DNA from: Eubacteriales bacterium
GTDB taxonomy: Bacteria > Bacillota > Clostridia > Oscillospirales > CAG-272
Length of the DNA: 63,936 nt
Direction of reading: 5' to 3'
Assembly (NCBI GenBank): GCA_045655565.1
Contig: JAZOPN010000041.1
Coordinates: 1-63,936, forward strand
This document shows, one piece after another, positions 35,022 to 45,007 of the stretch. Each line of letters begins with the position of its first letter. Position 1 is the stretch's first letter. Position numbers and translations under genes: made by a program. The notes beneath the pieces are model-generated. The model saw nothing but the letters and a program-made list of their open reading frames with translations. It was not told the DNA's origin and did no database searches.

Positions 35022-35393
35022 ATGAACTTTGCATTTTTGCTTAATACCGCGACACAGGGCGGTGACCTTAGCTCGCTCTGGTCTATCGGTGGTATCGTAT
35101 TACTTATTGTATTCTTCTACTTCTTTATGATTCGTCCGCAGAAGAAGAAGGACAAGGAAGATGCCGCGATGCGCGATGCGCTCCAGGTTGGCGACGAGAT
35201 TACCACTATCGGCGGTATTATCGGTAAGGTTATTTCTATAAAGGAAGAGACCTTCGTGCTCGAGACTACTAAGAGCAAGACTCGCATTCGTTTCCTCAGA
35301 GGTGCTATCAGAAGCGTAGATGTCAAGATTGCCGACACTATTGTTCCTAAGGCCGAGGAAGAGAAGGTTGAGGAAAAGCCCGAGGAGAAGTAA
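35022..35393 (+). CDS. yajC: preprotein translocase subunit YajC
   Basis: Single TM followed by 'MIRPQKKK...LQVGDEITTIGGIIGKVISI', the canonical YajC core, plus a Glu/Lys-rich tail. Confidence 0.85.
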   Translation: MNFAFLLNTATQGGDLSSLWSIGGIVLLIVFFYFFMIRPQKKKDKEDAAMRDALQVGDEITTIGGIIGKVISIKEETFVLETTKSKTRIRFLRGAIRSVDVKIADTIVPKAEEEKVEEKPEEK

Positions 35394-35409
35394 TTTTTCA
35401 CTCATAAAT

Positions 35410-35462
35410 AAAAGGACTGCCGAATAGACTTGTAATGTAAGTCGCGGGCGGTCCTTTTTTTC
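35410..35462 (+). terminator. intrinsic terminator after yajC
   Basis: ggactgcc (35413-35420) / ggcggtcc (35447-35454) with inner gactt/aagtc pairing, followed by T7. Confidence 0.75.
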
Positions 35463-35490
35463 GTCTAAATTATGCGACAGGGAGTGTGAG

Positions 35491-35892
35491 ATGTCTAAGG
35501 CAAGGTCAAGGGGCGAGCGCAGCACATTTATGTCTATACTTATGGGGGCGGGGTTATCACTTGTGGTATTGCTGATAGTCTCACTGGTCGTCGGTGCTGT
35601 GGTGTATATGATGGATGACCCACTGGCGGTAATTGATATCGGCTCGCTTGTCACGTTGCTGTCCGCGGGACTTATCTCCTCATTTATCATATCTCGTCGC
35701 ACACGCGAAGGGAAAATGCTAATAACCGTGCTCTCTTCCCTACTCACCGTAGTGGTTATGCTCATTGTCGGTGCTATCATCGGTATGGGCAATATCACTT
35801 GGCGCGTGGTATTAAATTATGTTTGTTATATGGGTGTCGCTCTACTGGGCGGTTGGCTCGGGGCAAAGGGAAAGCGACGCAGAGGGAGATGA
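35491..35892 (+). CDS. small multi-pass membrane protein (possibly TIGR04086 family)
   Basis: 133 aa with four hydrophobic spans and a basic C-terminus. The family assignment is from memory only. Confidence 0.55.
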   Translation: MSKARSRGERSTFMSILMGAGLSLVVLLIVSLVVGAVVYMMDDPLAVIDIGSLVTLLSAGLISSFIISRRTREGKMLITVLSSLLTVVVMLIVGAIIGMGNITWRVVLNYVCYMGVALLGGWLGAKGKRRRGR

Positions 35893-35904
35893 CCTTGAGA
35901 AACT

Positions 35905-35934
35905 AAAAAAGCTCGATATATTTCGAGCTTTTTT
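35905..35934. terminator. bidirectional intrinsic terminator
   Basis: aaaaaagctcga (35905-35916) / tcgagctttttt (35923-35934) with a 6-nt loop. Lies between convergent genes. Confidence 0.8.
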
Positions 35935-35942
35935 ATTATTAA

Positions 35943-36776
35943 TTAGTGTTTATTTATTCTTTCGATATAATAAGGCAGTGCCTCCTCGAAGTTTACACCA
36001 TAGAAGCGATGGTCGGGATCTTCCGCGGTTTTCTCCATACAAAGAAGCGTGTAATCAACTGCGAGGGCTAGCGCCTCATTGGTAGTGAAGCCTCGCATCA
36101 TAGCACCGAGGGTGGCAGATGCGTAAACATCGCCTGTACCGTGATAGGATAGGGGAAGCTTCTTATTGCAGTAATATGCATACTCGCCTGTCTCAGAGTT
36201 GTATGAGTAAACGCCGATTTTATCATCCTCAAAGCTGATGCCGGTGAGGGCAACCTCTCTTGCGCCGAGGGCAGAAAGCTTCTTAAGCAGTTCGCGGATA
36301 TATGCCTCGTCATAATCGGGGTTATATGGGACTCCGAGCATAAAGGATGCCTCGGTGAGGTTGGGAATGATAAGATCCGCCTTGCCGCAAAGTTTCGCCA
36401 TAGCGGAGGCAAACTCGGGTGTAAAGCCCTTATACAACACTCCGTTATCCGCCATAACCGGATCAATAACGACTATTGCCTTATCACCGAAACGGTCTAT
36501 AAAATCCGATACAAGTCCAAGTTGCTCAAAGGAGCCGAGGTAACCGGTGTATATAGCATCAAAGTCTAAGCCTAACTCAAGAAATGTGTCGGAGATGGGC
36601 TCAATTTCACTCGTAAGGTCACAGAAGGTAAACTTTGCAAACTGGGTATGTGTCGAGAGCACGGCGGTAGGAAGGACACCTGCCTCAACGCCTGCGGCGG
36701 ATATGATCGGCAGAGCAACAGTGAGCGAGCATTTACCAACACAGGATATATCCTGTATAGTCATAATTCGTTTCAT
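35943..36776 (-). CDS. pdxK: pyridoxal/pyridoxamine kinase (ribokinase superfamily)
   Basis: 'IQDISCVGKCSLTVALPI' N-terminus and 'GTGDVYASA' anion-hole motif, as in PdxK/PdxY-type kinases. Confidence 0.75.
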   Translation of the reverse strand: MKRIMTIQDISCVGKCSLTVALPIISAAGVEAGVLPTAVLSTHTQFAKFTFCDLTSEIEPISDTFLELGLDFDAIYTGYLGSFEQLGLVSDFIDRFGDKAIVVIDPVMADNGVLYKGFTPEFASAMAKLCGKADLIIPNLTEASFMLGVPYNPDYDEAYIRELLKKLSALGAREVALTGISFEDDKIGVYSYNSETGEYAYYCNKKLPLSYHGTGDVYASATLGAMMRGFTTNEALALAVDYTLLCMEKTAEDPDHRFYGVNFEEALPYYIERINKH

Positions 36777-36812
36777 TTTTGTACGACCTCATTTAATATT
36801 TTTATACAACCC

Positions 36813-36841
36813 ATTCTATTCTTTTTTTTGCAATTTGTCAA
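36813..36841 (-). promoter_or_regulatory. sigma-A promoter for pdxK
   Basis: Minus-strand TTGACA (36836-36841), 17-bp spacer, TAGAAT (36813-36818). Confidence 0.55.
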
Positions 36842-36876
36842 TAGAAATCTTGAAAAAACAGCAAAACAGCAGTTTT

Positions 36877-38097
36877 TTATTCATTATACATTATCTCTGC
36901 GCCCAGCGAGGTCAGTTTATCTGTGAGACGTTCATAACCTCGCAGAATATACTCACCGCATCTTACTATGCTCTCTCCGTCGGCAGACAGGGCGGCGAGT
37001 ATAAGAGCCATACCACCGCGCAGATCCTGTGCTACGGTGTCTGCGGAGCGAATTTCTGATGGAAATATCTCAGCTGTGTTGCCGACTAGGCGCGAGTGTA
37101 TACCGAACTCATTTAGAGGCGCAAGGTAACCAAATCTACCCTGCCATACGTTATCGCGAATGCTACCGCCCGAGATGGATAAAAGCGGTGCTATAATCGG
37201 CTGAAGGTCGGTTGGGAATCCGGGATAAGGGGCTGTTGTGATATTAATTCTCCCCCTCGGTGTGCCACGCATAAGGATGCCGACACCATCGCTCTCAAGG
37301 CATACACCCGCCTTTATAAGTGGCTCAAGTGATGCGGTCAACTCCGCCCTCTCAACACCCGATACTGCTACTGCTCCGCCTGTTATAAGTGAGGCTACAA
37401 TATATGTTCCTGCCTCTATCATATCGCCTCTTATTCTGACGCTTCCACCGTTAAGTTTAGCCCCCACAACACGCGCTACATCGTCATCTATTTCTATTTT
37501 TGCCCCTGCGCTGCAAAGATATGTAACAAGGTCGGTGATATGTGGCTCTTTTGCTATACCGTGTATTTCGCTCAGCCCCTCTGTCGACGCCGCGAGGATA
37601 AGTGCGTTTACGGTTGCGCCAACGGATGGTTTGTCGAATTTTAATATGGCGGAGGAAAGATTGGTGGCGGTAATACTATTTCCCTCTATCACACCGCCAA
37701 AGGCACGCAAGGCATCAAGGTGCATATTTATCGGTCGGTGAGAAAAATTACATCCACCGTAGGCGCGTATTTCGCCTTTGCCGAACCGTGCGACCGTCGA
37801 GCCCAACAGATATGTTGATGCGCGCAGGCGAGATATTAAGTCGTCGGCCGGTATCGCGTGTTTAAGTGCTGTGGTATCTATCGTCAAGCACCCTCTGTTA
37901 AAATTACATACCGCACCATATTCCTCAATAATTCTTATCGCCACCCTAACATCAAGAATATCCGGGACATTTTCAAGCCTAGATATTCCATAGGTAGTAA
38001 GTGAGGCGAATATAACCGGAAGTGCGGCATTCTTTGACCCGCTGACACGAACTCTACCGAAAAGGGGGCTACCGCCATTTATAATAAAATAACCCAT
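36877..38097 (-). CDS. murA: UDP-N-acetylglucosamine 1-carboxyvinyltransferase (divergent MurA paralogue)
   Basis: 'VSGSKNAALPV' N-terminal motif and a catalytic-loop Cys in 'YGGCNFSHRPINMHL'. 406 aa with EPSP-synthase-fold periodicity. Confidence 0.8.
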   Translation of the reverse strand: MGYFIINGGSPLFGRVRVSGSKNAALPVIFASLTTYGISRLENVPDILDVRVAIRIIEEYGAVCNFNRGCLTIDTTALKHAIPADDLISRLRASTYLLGSTVARFGKGEIRAYGGCNFSHRPINMHLDALRAFGGVIEGNSITATNLSSAILKFDKPSVGATVNALILAASTEGLSEIHGIAKEPHITDLVTYLCSAGAKIEIDDDVARVVGAKLNGGSVRIRGDMIEAGTYIVASLITGGAVAVSGVERAELTASLEPLIKAGVCLESDGVGILMRGTPRGRINITTAPYPGFPTDLQPIIAPLLSISGGSIRDNVWQGRFGYLAPLNEFGIHSRLVGNTAEIFPSEIRSADTVAQDLRGGMALILAALSADGESIVRCGEYILRGYERLTDKLTSLGAEIMYNE

Positions 38098-38148
38098 AAC
38101 AACCTCAAAAGCATTTGATAGTACATTCTATTCCTGTTTCGGGTTTTG

Positions 38149-38191
38149 GGTTAAAAAGCACCACCGGGGGCGAATTACCTCTAGTGGTGCT
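38149..38191 (-). terminator. intrinsic terminator after the DUF3810-like gene
   Basis: agcaccac (38157-38164) / gtggtgct (38184-38191). The minus-strand tail is TTTTTAACC. Confidence 0.7.
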
Positions 38192-38206
38192 CATTCGAGT
38201 TGCTGT

Positions 38207-39304
38207 TTAACTATATTTATTATGATATGCGACGGCAAGCCTCACCACATATCCATAAGATACTACGCCTTGGGTGCCATTAGACTTTAGGTAGGCATCG
38301 TTTAGAGCGTCGAACAGCCTATTTAGGAAGCTGTTTCTGTGCGCCGATGTTATCCTAGAAGATGCCGCAAGGTCGGACAGCGCGCCCTCGTCTATTCTAC
38401 CCTGTATGTCGAGATATAGGTCCTTATCTGTACGATATAGAGCATTCGCGAGATACTGGTACATATAAAGGTATCCACTGTATTGTATGAATGGGTCCGG
38501 CGAGGATATTGTGGCGAGGTACGCCATAAAATTCGCCTCATTCTCAGGCATTATCCCTCTCTGGTGCGCAAATTCGTGCGCGACGACGAATGCCACGGAA
38601 AAATCCGGGTATTCGACATTGATATTCGCCTCACCTGTGAAATAGGTGTATATGCCTGTGATACCCATATCACTCATAACGGTGCTGAAAAATACAGGCT
38701 TCGCACGACTGATAAAATTCGTGAAGAACGGGTACTCTTCCCTGACCGTATCGTATGCCCTGCATATCTTGATGCTAAGTTCATCGAGGCTATATGGCAT
38801 AACCGACACGCCACCATCGCGCTCTATTTTGCCCGACAATTCGTTCACACGCTCTACAATGTATAGCGTTGTGTCGTATAGCTCATCGGGTGATATATCC
38901 GCGGTCTCTTGAATATCAATCTTCTTTGCGAGTGGCTCGCCACGGTAGGCTACTGCCATAACAAGGATATAACCCGAGTAGATTATGCCAACCACAGCAA
39001 TTAGCGAGATGGCAGTGCGAATGCGTTCGGTATTTCCCCTCTTATCACGAGCTACCAACACAACAGTAAGTATAACCGTGGGAATGATTAGTATAACAAT
39101 CAATTCAAAAAACGAAATGGGCAGAATTTGCGAAATAAATGACATCAAAAACCTAAGCGCAAGACCTATCGTCCCAGTTATAAAGTCGGCGAATGTGGGA
39201 CATTGTATCGCGACAAGGTATAGGATTAGGGCTAGAGCGAGTATGCCAAACGAAACCCATACTACTTTGGGCACATATTTCTTTAAGAATTCTTTAAGCT
39301 TCAT
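38207..39304 (-). CDS. membrane-anchored putative zinc peptidase (DUF3810-like)
   Basis: N-terminal TM spans and a 'VVAHEFAHQRG' HExxH motif. 365 aa. The family name is from memory. Confidence 0.65.
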   Translation of the reverse strand: MKLKEFLKKYVPKVVWVSFGILALALILYLVAIQCPTFADFITGTIGLALRFLMSFISQILPISFFELIVILIIPTVILTVVLVARDKRGNTERIRTAISLIAVVGIIYSGYILVMAVAYRGEPLAKKIDIQETADISPDELYDTTLYIVERVNELSGKIERDGGVSVMPYSLDELSIKICRAYDTVREEYPFFTNFISRAKPVFFSTVMSDMGITGIYTYFTGEANINVEYPDFSVAFVVAHEFAHQRGIMPENEANFMAYLATISSPDPFIQYSGYLYMYQYLANALYRTDKDLYLDIQGRIDEGALSDLAASSRITSAHRNSFLNRLFDALNDAYLKSNGTQGVVSYGYVVRLAVAYHNKYS

Positions 39305-39313
39305 AGAACTTCC

Positions 39314-40924
39314 TTACGGCTTCATTTTGTCAACACGCCTTGCAATAGGTCCGACAAGGAGCAGATATAGAACAAGGAAAAGTGCAAGGTTGAAGCCAAG
39401 GAATATAATTTCGGTGATGAGAGTGCCAAGAAGAAGCGAGAAATATACTGCGCCTATGAAGAATAAGGGAAGAAGGAGCATAGGCAGTAGTGTCGTTAGA
39501 AATACGGGAAGCGACTGCTTCACAACCTGTGCCTCATTCTCATACTCAAGCTTCGGCCAAAGGGCATTAAACACCAAGCCGAGCATAGCAAAGGCTATTG
39601 TCGCTACAAGAGGTGTGATTATTACGAATATCCAGTCAGGAAGCGAAATCTCAAGCGCTACGCCAAGAAGCACCGAGGTTATAAGTGTTGCGGGGACACA
39701 TATTAAGAGATGTGGCGCGAGCTTAGCATAAAGCAGGTCTATTGCCAAGACGGGTGCAGACTTAACTATCCAAAAGCGCTTGCCCTCGAGAGAAAGTGCC
39801 GAGGCAGATATACCGTTAAAGGCGGTGAGGGCAGTGGTTACGATTACAATAGCAAGAGCCGCGACACCGGAGGATGGTACACCCAGGAGCATTGTTAACT
39901 CATCTACCGCAAGCAGGAGTTCCTCGCGAGAAATAATCGCAAAGATACCAATGAGAACCGAGAAGATGACACCAATCGCACCGTTTAGCATATAGGTAGC
40001 GTTCGAGAAGAATGCCGCAACCTCTTTACCGGCGAGGGCTAGGGTTGCCGACCTTGATACTAGACGCTCTGCCTTATACTTCTTACCGGCCACCGTGTAT
40101 GATGCAGTGATTATACGGATATAATTCTTCGAGAGAATAGACCACGCGAGAGCTGTGACGGCAACGGTCACAACGACGAGCCCAATGATATACAATGGAT
40201 CAAACAGCGACATTTTACCAATAAAGGCAAATGGTCTAAGAAGCCCCGAAATCATCTCGAGTACGACCTCGGGATCGGTTTCCTCAAGAGCCAGCATCAT
40301 TTCCATTATGGCAGAATAGCCAAAGAAATATGCAAATAAGAATAGGAGTGATGCTCCTAAAGTGATGAAACTGTTGTTCTTAAAGCGCTTAGCAATTATG
40401 GCGACGAGATAGCCGATTGCCGAGGCTAGAACGGTTGCAAGGAGAGATATGATAACCGCCGTTAGGAGCGATGTGGGAATATACCACGCGCTACCACCGA
40501 AGATGACGAATAAAATCGAGGCGGGTATCATTATGAAAAGTGCCTCGGCGGCGTTTAGGATAAGTATTGTTGCACTACGCGATATAACGATGTCCAACGG
40601 ACGAATTGGCATAGATAAGAGAAGCTCATTGTCCTTACAGTCGAAAAGCTCGCTCTTGGTCTCAAATATCGAGAATATGAACACAATTGAGAATGTAGCA
40701 ATGTTCATAAGGCCGAAATACTCGGCGTATAGTCCCATAGGAACTAAAAGGAGCGCCATAGGTGCTGATACACTAATAACTATGATGGCGAAGCATAGGA
40801 GCAGGAATGCCATAAGAATGCTCATTCCTATCGTTCTGCCGACCGATACCTTGCCATCCTTGCTCTTGCCTAAAAATCCTGTTAAGAAGGATTTAAGGCG
40901 TACGGAAAGGAGGGATTTAAGCAT
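39314..40924 (-). CDS. large ABC-2-type exporter permease
   Basis: About 536 aa with more than 10 hydrophobic spans. Start set at ATG 40924, overlapping the ATPase stop (ATGCTTAA), which suggests translational coupling. Confidence 0.7.
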   Translation of the reverse strand: MLKSLLSVRLKSFLTGFLGKSKDGKVSVGRTIGMSILMAFLLLCFAIIVISVSAPMALLLVPMGLYAEYFGLMNIATFSIVFIFSIFETKSELFDCKDNELLLSMPIRPLDIVISRSATILILNAAEALFIMIPASILFVIFGGSAWYIPTSLLTAVIISLLATVLASAIGYLVAIIAKRFKNNSFITLGASLLFLFAYFFGYSAIMEMMLALEETDPEVVLEMISGLLRPFAFIGKMSLFDPLYIIGLVVVTVAVTALAWSILSKNYIRIITASYTVAGKKYKAERLVSRSATLALAGKEVAAFFSNATYMLNGAIGVIFSVLIGIFAIISREELLLAVDELTMLLGVPSSGVAALAIVIVTTALTAFNGISASALSLEGKRFWIVKSAPVLAIDLLYAKLAPHLLICVPATLITSVLLGVALEISLPDWIFVIITPLVATIAFAMLGLVFNALWPKLEYENEAQVVKQSLPVFLTTLLPMLLLPLFFIGAVYFSLLLGTLITEIIFLGFNLALFLVLYLLLVGPIARRVDKMKP

Positions 40925-41633
40925 TTGTGTCACCCTCCAACTCGAGGAATACGCTCTCAAGCGAGTTGTCACCGCGTACCTCATCCATTGGGCCTGAGCA
41001 TACAAGCTTACCTGCCTTAATAATTGCAACTCTGTCGCAGAGCTTCTCTGCTACATCGAGAACGTGTGTCGAGAAAAATATCGAGCCGCCACGGTTGCAG
41101 TGCTCGCGCATCATCTCTTTTAGGGTATGCGATGCCTTAGGGTCAAGACCAACGAACGGCTCATCCATCATAATGAGCTTTGGCTCATGTAGAAATGCGG
41201 CTATAATAGCAAGCTTCTGCTTCATACCGTGAGAGTATGAGGAAATCTTGTTAGCAAGTGCGTCGGTAAGCTCAAAGGCGGCGGAAAGCTCAGCAATACG
41301 GCTGTTTCTATCCTCTGTGCTGACGCCATATATATCTGCTATTAGGTTAAGATACTTAATCCCTGAGAGGAAATCGTATAGGTCGGGGTTGTCTGGGATG
41401 TATGCGGTAACAGACTTGCAGGTGATTGGCTCATCCTTAATCGACCTACCGTCGATGTATATATCGCCCCGGTCGAAGTCGAGGATGCCTATTGCTGCCT
41501 TGAGAGTTGTGGTCTTGCCCGCGCCGTTGTGGCCTATGAAGGCGCATATCTCGCCGGGGGCTATTGTGAGGGTGAGGTCGTCAACTGCGACTTTTTCTCC
41601 ATACTTTTTTGTTAGGTTTAGGATTTTAAGCAT
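40917..41633 (-). CDS. ABC transporter ATP-binding protein
   Basis: Walker A 'GHNGAGKTT', signature 'YSHGMKQK' and Walker B 'LIMMDEPFVGLD'. Confidence 0.9.
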   Translation of the reverse strand: MLKILNLTKKYGEKVAVDDLTLTIAPGEICAFIGHNGAGKTTTLKAAIGILDFDRGDIYIDGRSIKDEPITCKSVTAYIPDNPDLYDFLSGIKYLNLIADIYGVSTEDRNSRIAELSAAFELTDALANKISSYSHGMKQKLAIIAAFLHEPKLIMMDEPFVGLDPKASHTLKEMMREHCNRGGSIFFSTHVLDVAEKLCDRVAIIKAGKLVCSGPMDEVRGDNSLESVFLELEGDTNA

Positions 41634-41646
41634 TAGTGTCTTCTCC

Positions 41647-41675
41647 TTGACAATTTAGGTTTAAGGTGGTATAAT
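41647..41675 (+). promoter_or_regulatory. consensus sigma-A promoter for the 182-aa His-rich protein gene
   Basis: TTGACA (41647-41652), 17-bp spacer, TGgTATAAT (-10 hexamer 41670-41675). Confidence 0.65.
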
Positions 41676-41702
41676 AATCTTAGAAGTAAGTGGGGGTGCT
41701 AT

Positions 41703-42251
41703 ATGGGAATAGTAAATTTCTTCCGTCATATATCTCTGGTTATGAGGCACAAGCACCAGGTGCTGATAAACTGTACCAAGTGTGGTCTATTCTGGCGCGG
41801 ACTTGTGCACGATCTCTCAAAATTCTCGCCTGAGGAATTGTTCGAGAGCGCAAAATACTTCACCGGCGTGCGCTCGCCTATCGGGGTATGCCGAAGGGAG
41901 ACCGGTATGAGCCGAGCATGGCTACACCACAAGGGCAGAAACAAGCACCATATAGAATACTGGCTGGACGATGACTGCGAGGTTACACCTCTTATGCCAT
42001 ATAAATACGCGGTAGAGTGCGTATGCGACAAGCTCGCCGCGACTAAGGTATATGGTGGCAAGAGCTATCGCAGGGAGCAGGCACTCGCGCACTGGCTGAA
42101 ACACGGTAACAAGATAAACGGGCATCCGAGAACAATGCTATTCATTGAGACGGTTTTCCGCGACCTTGCCGAGCACGGTGAGAAATACATACTTAACAAG
42201 AAGTATATGCGTGCAACCTATGACAGAATATGTCTTGGTAAAGAGGGTTAA
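41703..42251 (+). CDS. hypothetical His-rich protein (DUF5662-like?)
   Basis: 182 aa with 'RHKHQ', 'LVHDLSKF' and 'WLHHKGRNKHHIEYW' blocks. The family guess is from memory only. Confidence 0.5.
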   Translation: MGIVNFFRHISLVMRHKHQVLINCTKCGLFWRGLVHDLSKFSPEELFESAKYFTGVRSPIGVCRRETGMSRAWLHHKGRNKHHIEYWLDDDCEVTPLMPYKYAVECVCDKLAATKVYGGKSYRREQALAHWLKHGNKINGHPRTMLFIETVFRDLAEHGEKYILNKKYMRATYDRICLGKEG

Positions 42252-42270
42252 TACCCTCTTTATTTTTTTA
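42241..42270 (+). terminator. intrinsic terminator overlapping the stop codon of the 182-aa gene
   Basis: aagagggt (42241-42248) / accctctt (42253-42260) with loop TAAT, followed by TATTTTTTTA. Confidence 0.7.
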
Positions 42271-43540
42271 TTTGGTAGCCTGTGGGCGTGGCAGTAATAT
42301 TAAAGGAATAAAATGCTCTAAGAAGTTTATACATATCAAATATATCCGACACGGCCGCGGTTTCGACAGCAGAGTGCATAGCAAGTTCTGGTATGCCGAT
42401 GTCTATTGCATTAACCGAAACCTTGGTTGAGGCTATCGAGCCAAGAGTTGAGCCACCGGCGAGGTCGGCGCGATTGGCATAGGTCTGTAAGGACATGCCT
42501 ATGCTATTTGCTATGGCGCGGAAAATCCCCTCAGAAATAGCGTCTGTGGTGTATCGGTGATTAGCATTGTACTTTATCGCAACACCGTGGCCCAGAATAG
42601 GAGCATTATTGGGGTCGGACAGCTCGGGGTGTGCCGGGTGAATGGCGTGGGCATTGTCACAGGACACCATAAAGCTTCCGGGGAGCGAGCGAAGCAGGCT
42701 CTCCTTGTCACCCGCAATACGATATAATGTATCGGATAGGAATGTGGATGCCGCGCCCATCATCGTCTCACTTCCTACCTCCTCGTTATCGAAAATAGCG
42801 AGAATGCAGGTGGCGTCGGTTTTCTCGCTCGCGAGAAATGCAGAGAGCGAGGTATAGACCGCCGCGAGGTCATCAAGGCGTGGCGAGAGGACAAGCTCGG
42901 AATTTCTGCCGACCGTGGTCGGGATGGCACTGCAATACAGCACAAGGTCGGAGGATAGAATTCTATCGCGCTCAACATCCAGGGCTGCGCTAACCTCGTC
43001 AAGCAACGCATCCGGAGTTGTGCCAAGCGTATATAACGGTAACATATCCTTGGCGGGGTTAGGCGCAAAGGACTGATTTACCGATCCGTCTAGGTGGGGT
43101 GCAACGCTGGGTATAACCAGGGTTGTATCAAGGGCGACAAGTCTAACCTCGGTGCCACTCTCGGTAGAGATGACTACCCTGCCGGCGAGCGAGAGCGGTC
43201 TATCAAACCAGGTATATAGCACTGCTCCACCGTACCTCTCGGTATCGAGGGTGGTGTATGCACCGATGCGCTCGCCAAGGCTCTTCAGACGGAAGGCAGG
43301 GGAATCCGAATGCGAGGCAACTATATTGAAACCGGTTAAATCGCTATTATAAGTAAAAGCTATAAGCGATGAGCCACCGCGAGTGACAAAATAACTCTTA
43401 CCCGACTCAAGTTCCCACGTATCAGCCTCAGAAAGTTCGGTGAAGCCTTTATCCTCGAGGATACGCTTAGTATTATATATCGTGTGGTACGGGGTTGGCG
43501 ATGACTTGATAAAGTCGAATAGTTCGCATATATTGTTCAT
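42260..43540 (-). CDS. M18 family aminopeptidase
   Basis: 'SPTPYH' N-terminal motif and 'SHSDSPAFRLK' block. 426 aa, typical of aspartyl aminopeptidase-like M18 enzymes. Confidence 0.85.
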   Translation of the reverse strand: MNNICELFDFIKSSPTPYHTIYNTKRILEDKGFTELSEADTWELESGKSYFVTRGGSSLIAFTYNSDLTGFNIVASHSDSPAFRLKSLGERIGAYTTLDTERYGGAVLYTWFDRPLSLAGRVVISTESGTEVRLVALDTTLVIPSVAPHLDGSVNQSFAPNPAKDMLPLYTLGTTPDALLDEVSAALDVERDRILSSDLVLYCSAIPTTVGRNSELVLSPRLDDLAAVYTSLSAFLASEKTDATCILAIFDNEEVGSETMMGAASTFLSDTLYRIAGDKESLLRSLPGSFMVSCDNAHAIHPAHPELSDPNNAPILGHGVAIKYNANHRYTTDAISEGIFRAIANSIGMSLQTYANRADLAGGSTLGSIASTKVSVNAIDIGIPELAMHSAVETAAVSDIFDMYKLLRAFYSFNITATPTGYQIKK

Positions 43541-43673
43541 TACTGCTCTCCGAAAGGTAAAATTTATATTTATATTTTACAGCAGTAGAGAAAAAAAGTC
43601 AACTTTACTGTTGAAAAAATCCCAAGTTTGGGGTAAACTATATGTAGAGTTTATTTAACCTGTGGAGAAAGAT

Positions 43674-44900
43674 ATGAATAAAACACGATTAAAGAAATAT
43701 GCAAGACTGATTGCCAAGGTTGGCGCGAATGTAAAGCGTGGGCAGGAAGTAATTATACAGGCAGAACTTGACCAACCCGAATTTGTGGCAATGGTGGTCG
43801 AGGAATGCTATCGACTCGGTGCAAAAAAGGTATCTGTCGATTGGAGTTATCAGCCACTAACGCACTCGCATGTGAAGCACTGTAAGCCTGATGTGCTAGG
43901 TACGCTTGAGGACTGGCAGTTAGCAAAATGGGAAAGACAGGTTGAGGTTCTCCCCTGCAAGATATACCTGATGTCGGAGAACCCGGACGGACTCGACGGT
44001 ATAGATCAGGCGAAGTATGCTACTGCCATGGCTCGCCGCGCAAAGGCAATAAAGCCGATACGAACAAAGATGGAAAACAAGTACCAGTGGTGTATCGCGG
44101 CTGTGCCCGGCAAGGAATGGGCGAAGAAGGTATTCCCCGGTGTGAGGGTATCACAGGCTATCGAAAAGCTGTGGGAGGCAATACTCGACACATCGCGCGT
44201 GTGGGATGACCCTATCAAGGCGTGGGATATGCACAACAAGGACTTGGCTAAGAGATGCGACTACCTGAACTCGCTCGGTCTTGTTGAGCTTAGGTACAAG
44301 GCGGAAAATGGCACTAATCTTAGAGTTGGACTATCACCCGATATAACATTTGCGGGCGGTGGTGAATACGCGCTCGGCTCGGGCATTTACTTCAACCCAA
44401 ACATTCCGTCAGAAGAGGTATTTACCTCTCCTATGCGAGGTGAGGCCGACGGTATTGTGTATGCATCGAAGCCTCTCGCATACAACGGTGCGCTAATCGA
44501 AAACTTCTGGATACGCTTCGAGAGTGGTAAGGCTGTTGATGTTGGCGCAGAGAAAAACGAGGATGTTTTGCGCGAGCTTATCGGAATGGATGAGGGGGCT
44601 GCATACCTCGGTGAGTGTGCGCTTGTACCCCACTCTTCACCTATACAAAAGTGCGGCATTTTATTCTACAACACACTGTTTGATGAGAATGCGGCCTGTC
44701 ACCTAGCACTCGGTCGCGGATTTACCAACCTATATCGCGGATATGAGAATTACACCGAGGAGGAGCTGCACGCTAAGGGCATTAATGACTCTATTGTTCA
44801 CGAGGACTTTATGATAGGAACATCGGATATGTCAATTATAGGTGTCACGAGTGATGGCAGGGAAATAGAAATATTCAAGGACGGCGAGTGGGCATTCTAA
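43674..44900 (+). CDS. M29 family aminopeptidase (AmpS/PepS-like)
   Basis: 'LKKYARLIAKVGANVKRGQEV' N-terminus, as in aminopeptidase S/T. Start at ATG 43674 (GGAG 6 nt upstream) rather than the GTG at 43662. Confidence 0.85.
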   Translation: MNKTRLKKYARLIAKVGANVKRGQEVIIQAELDQPEFVAMVVEECYRLGAKKVSVDWSYQPLTHSHVKHCKPDVLGTLEDWQLAKWERQVEVLPCKIYLMSENPDGLDGIDQAKYATAMARRAKAIKPIRTKMENKYQWCIAAVPGKEWAKKVFPGVRVSQAIEKLWEAILDTSRVWDDPIKAWDMHNKDLAKRCDYLNSLGLVELRYKAENGTNLRVGLSPDITFAGGGEYALGSGIYFNPNIPSEEVFTSPMRGEADGIVYASKPLAYNGALIENFWIRFESGKAVDVGAEKNEDVLRELIGMDEGAAYLGECALVPHSSPIQKCGILFYNTLFDENAACHLALGRGFTNLYRGYENYTEEELHAKGINDSIVHEDFMIGTSDMSIIGVTSDGREIEIFKDGEWAF

Positions 44901-44924
44901 ACGCAAAAGGAGCACAAAGTGATA

Positions 44925-44967
44925 TGCACCCCAAAAGTTAGACACTTTTGGAGGTGCATATTTTTAT
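44925..44967 (+). terminator. intrinsic terminator after the M29 gene
   Basis: tgcaccccaaaagt (44925-44938) / acttttggaggtgca (44944-44958), followed by TATTTTTAT. Confidence 0.75.
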
Positions 44968-45007
44968 GGGGAAAGCAGGAAGAAAAAACAAAAAATATTC
45001 CGCTTTC

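Noticed and set aside
35100-35798. 232-aa minus-strand ORF
   Set aside because: It crosses yajC, its terminator and the following membrane-protein gene in antisense. It cannot be real if the terminator at 35410-35462 functions.
38985-39731. 248-aa plus-strand ORF
   Set aside because: It spans the junction of two minus-strand genes (DUF3810-like and the ABC-2 permease), in antisense. It is Ser/Arg/Thr-rich with no start context.
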